39,316 bases of DNA from Spirogloea muscicola. Taxonomy: Eukaryota. The stretch is from positions 979,645 through 1,018,960 of the forward strand of contig WELB01000008.1 in NCBI GenBank assembly GCA_009602725.1, written 5' to 3'. How positions within the stretch are numbered: position 1 is the first letter of the stretch; each line of letters begins with the position of its first letter. The translations under genes were made by a program, and so were the position numbers. Of the stretch, positions 38,327 through 39,316 are shown one piece after another. The notes beneath the pieces are model-generated. The model was not told the origin of the DNA, did not search any database, and saw only the letters and a list, made by a program, of their open reading frames with translations.

Positions 38327-38890
38327 GTGTGCAAAGTAGGATCTTGGAATGCATCTACATTACGCGGAGCTGGCGGCCTGGCAGCTCAGGCCCTCTTTGG
38401 ACCACCATGTCAAAAGTGGATGAGTACGGTGTCGGTGTACTGCGTCAACTGCACGCAAGACAAGCTGACTGCTGCTCTTCAAGAGCTGGCAACTCTTCAT
38501 GTTGCACCTGTCGACTGGTTCACTGCCGCCTCCGCTTCTTGCATCCCCACTCCGAGTATTCAGCTGGCCATTCGCCCCTCTGCTTTGGACCACCATACTG
38601 CGTCAGTCTGACCGGCCAAGACACCTTTTTGCCTTATGGCAGCAGATACGGAGCAGACTAGCATTGGCTTGGCCCGCTCTTGGGGTCGGCAGCAGTTCTT
38701 GCTGAAGCACAGGAGTAGGCGTGGTTGCCTCAAAATCAGAGTGTCTCGATTTTAGAGCTCAAAGTGCCAGGCAACCCTTCTCGAAGGGAGCCAATCCAAA
38801 GCCCGCTGACCTGGGTTGCATGGTTCACCAGCCGCTTGCCGAGGTTCACCATATTATCACGCTCAACACTCCCAGTAGATATGCGGCATA
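38327..38890 (+). mobile_element. Possible highly decayed non-LTR retrotransposon (APE endonuclease, RTE-like) fragment
   Basis: Fragments in different frames follow APE-domain order: KVGSWNASTL, AALQE, TGVGVV, EPIQSPLTWVAWFTSRLPRFTIL. Stops and frameshifts lie between them. The resemblance is by eye only. Confidence 0.3.
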
Positions 38891-39166
38891 AGCCAGAACC
38901 TGCAAGCTCCTGCATCATCTGTCTCCGACAGATATTGAGTCGTCAACCCGAGTGGCAAGGTCACTCCGGCAGGTTGCTCAGTAACGTTAAACACATCAGC
39001 CTTGGACCTTTTGAACACCTTGGTGCAGACAGGTGTCTGTCTGAGAAAAAAAGTCTGAGAAGGAAATAAGCTCTTCCAAAGGGCAAGGGCTGTGAAAAGC
39101 CAGCCCAGAAAGAATGGACAAGGTCCAGAGAAATAGCTGCAGGATGAATTCGCCAATTACAGCCCT

Positions 39167-39316
39167 CTAGTGAAGAGTCTTTCTATGGACCTTTCGGCCC
39201 TCCCACTCAACGACGCCCTCGAGCGGCGCCACGCGCGGCGACGCCGCCTCCGCAGCCGCCTCCACGGTGCGCGCCGCGTCGGCGGTGCCGGTGGCGGCCC
39301 GCAGGTCGGCGGCGAT
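39167..39316 (-). CDS. Possible 3' end or exon of a gene entering from the right edge
   Basis: GC3-biased open frame IAADLRAATGTADAARTVEAAAEAASPRVAPLEGVVEWEGRKVHRKTLH* running off the window. No homology recognised. Confidence 0.4.
   Translation of the reverse strand: MAADLRAATGTADAARTVEAAAEAASPRVAPLEGVVEWEGRKVHRKTLH

Overview
This is eukaryotic, intron-dense nuclear DNA with very GC-rich first exons and promoters, one 496-N gap and two single-N breaks. The proteins are land-plant-like and the introns are about 50% GC, which suggests a streptophyte green alga (inference only). I assembled the gene models by hand. In order they are: a peroxisomal acyl-CoA oxidase of the ACX3 type (+), a group-I-like calcium-dependent protein kinase (-), an organellar RecG helicase (+), a small secreted Cys-rich protein (-), a HAD-IIA hydrolase (-), ER glucosidase I/GCS1 (+), and a head-to-head pair of intronless hydrophilic LEA-like ORFs sharing an ABRE/DRE-rich spacer. 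A possible decayed LINE fragment and a partial ORF lie at the right edge. The main finding is a tandem pair of 116-nt paralogous exons in ACX3 that can only be used mutually exclusively, paralleling vertebrate ACOX1 exon 3I/3II. Other findings include a 2-nt frameshift in the same gene, a 33%-GC insert with GT...AG ends inside the Cys-rich gene, an unexplained conserved hairpin motif family in intergenic DNA, and an excess of GC-AG introns.
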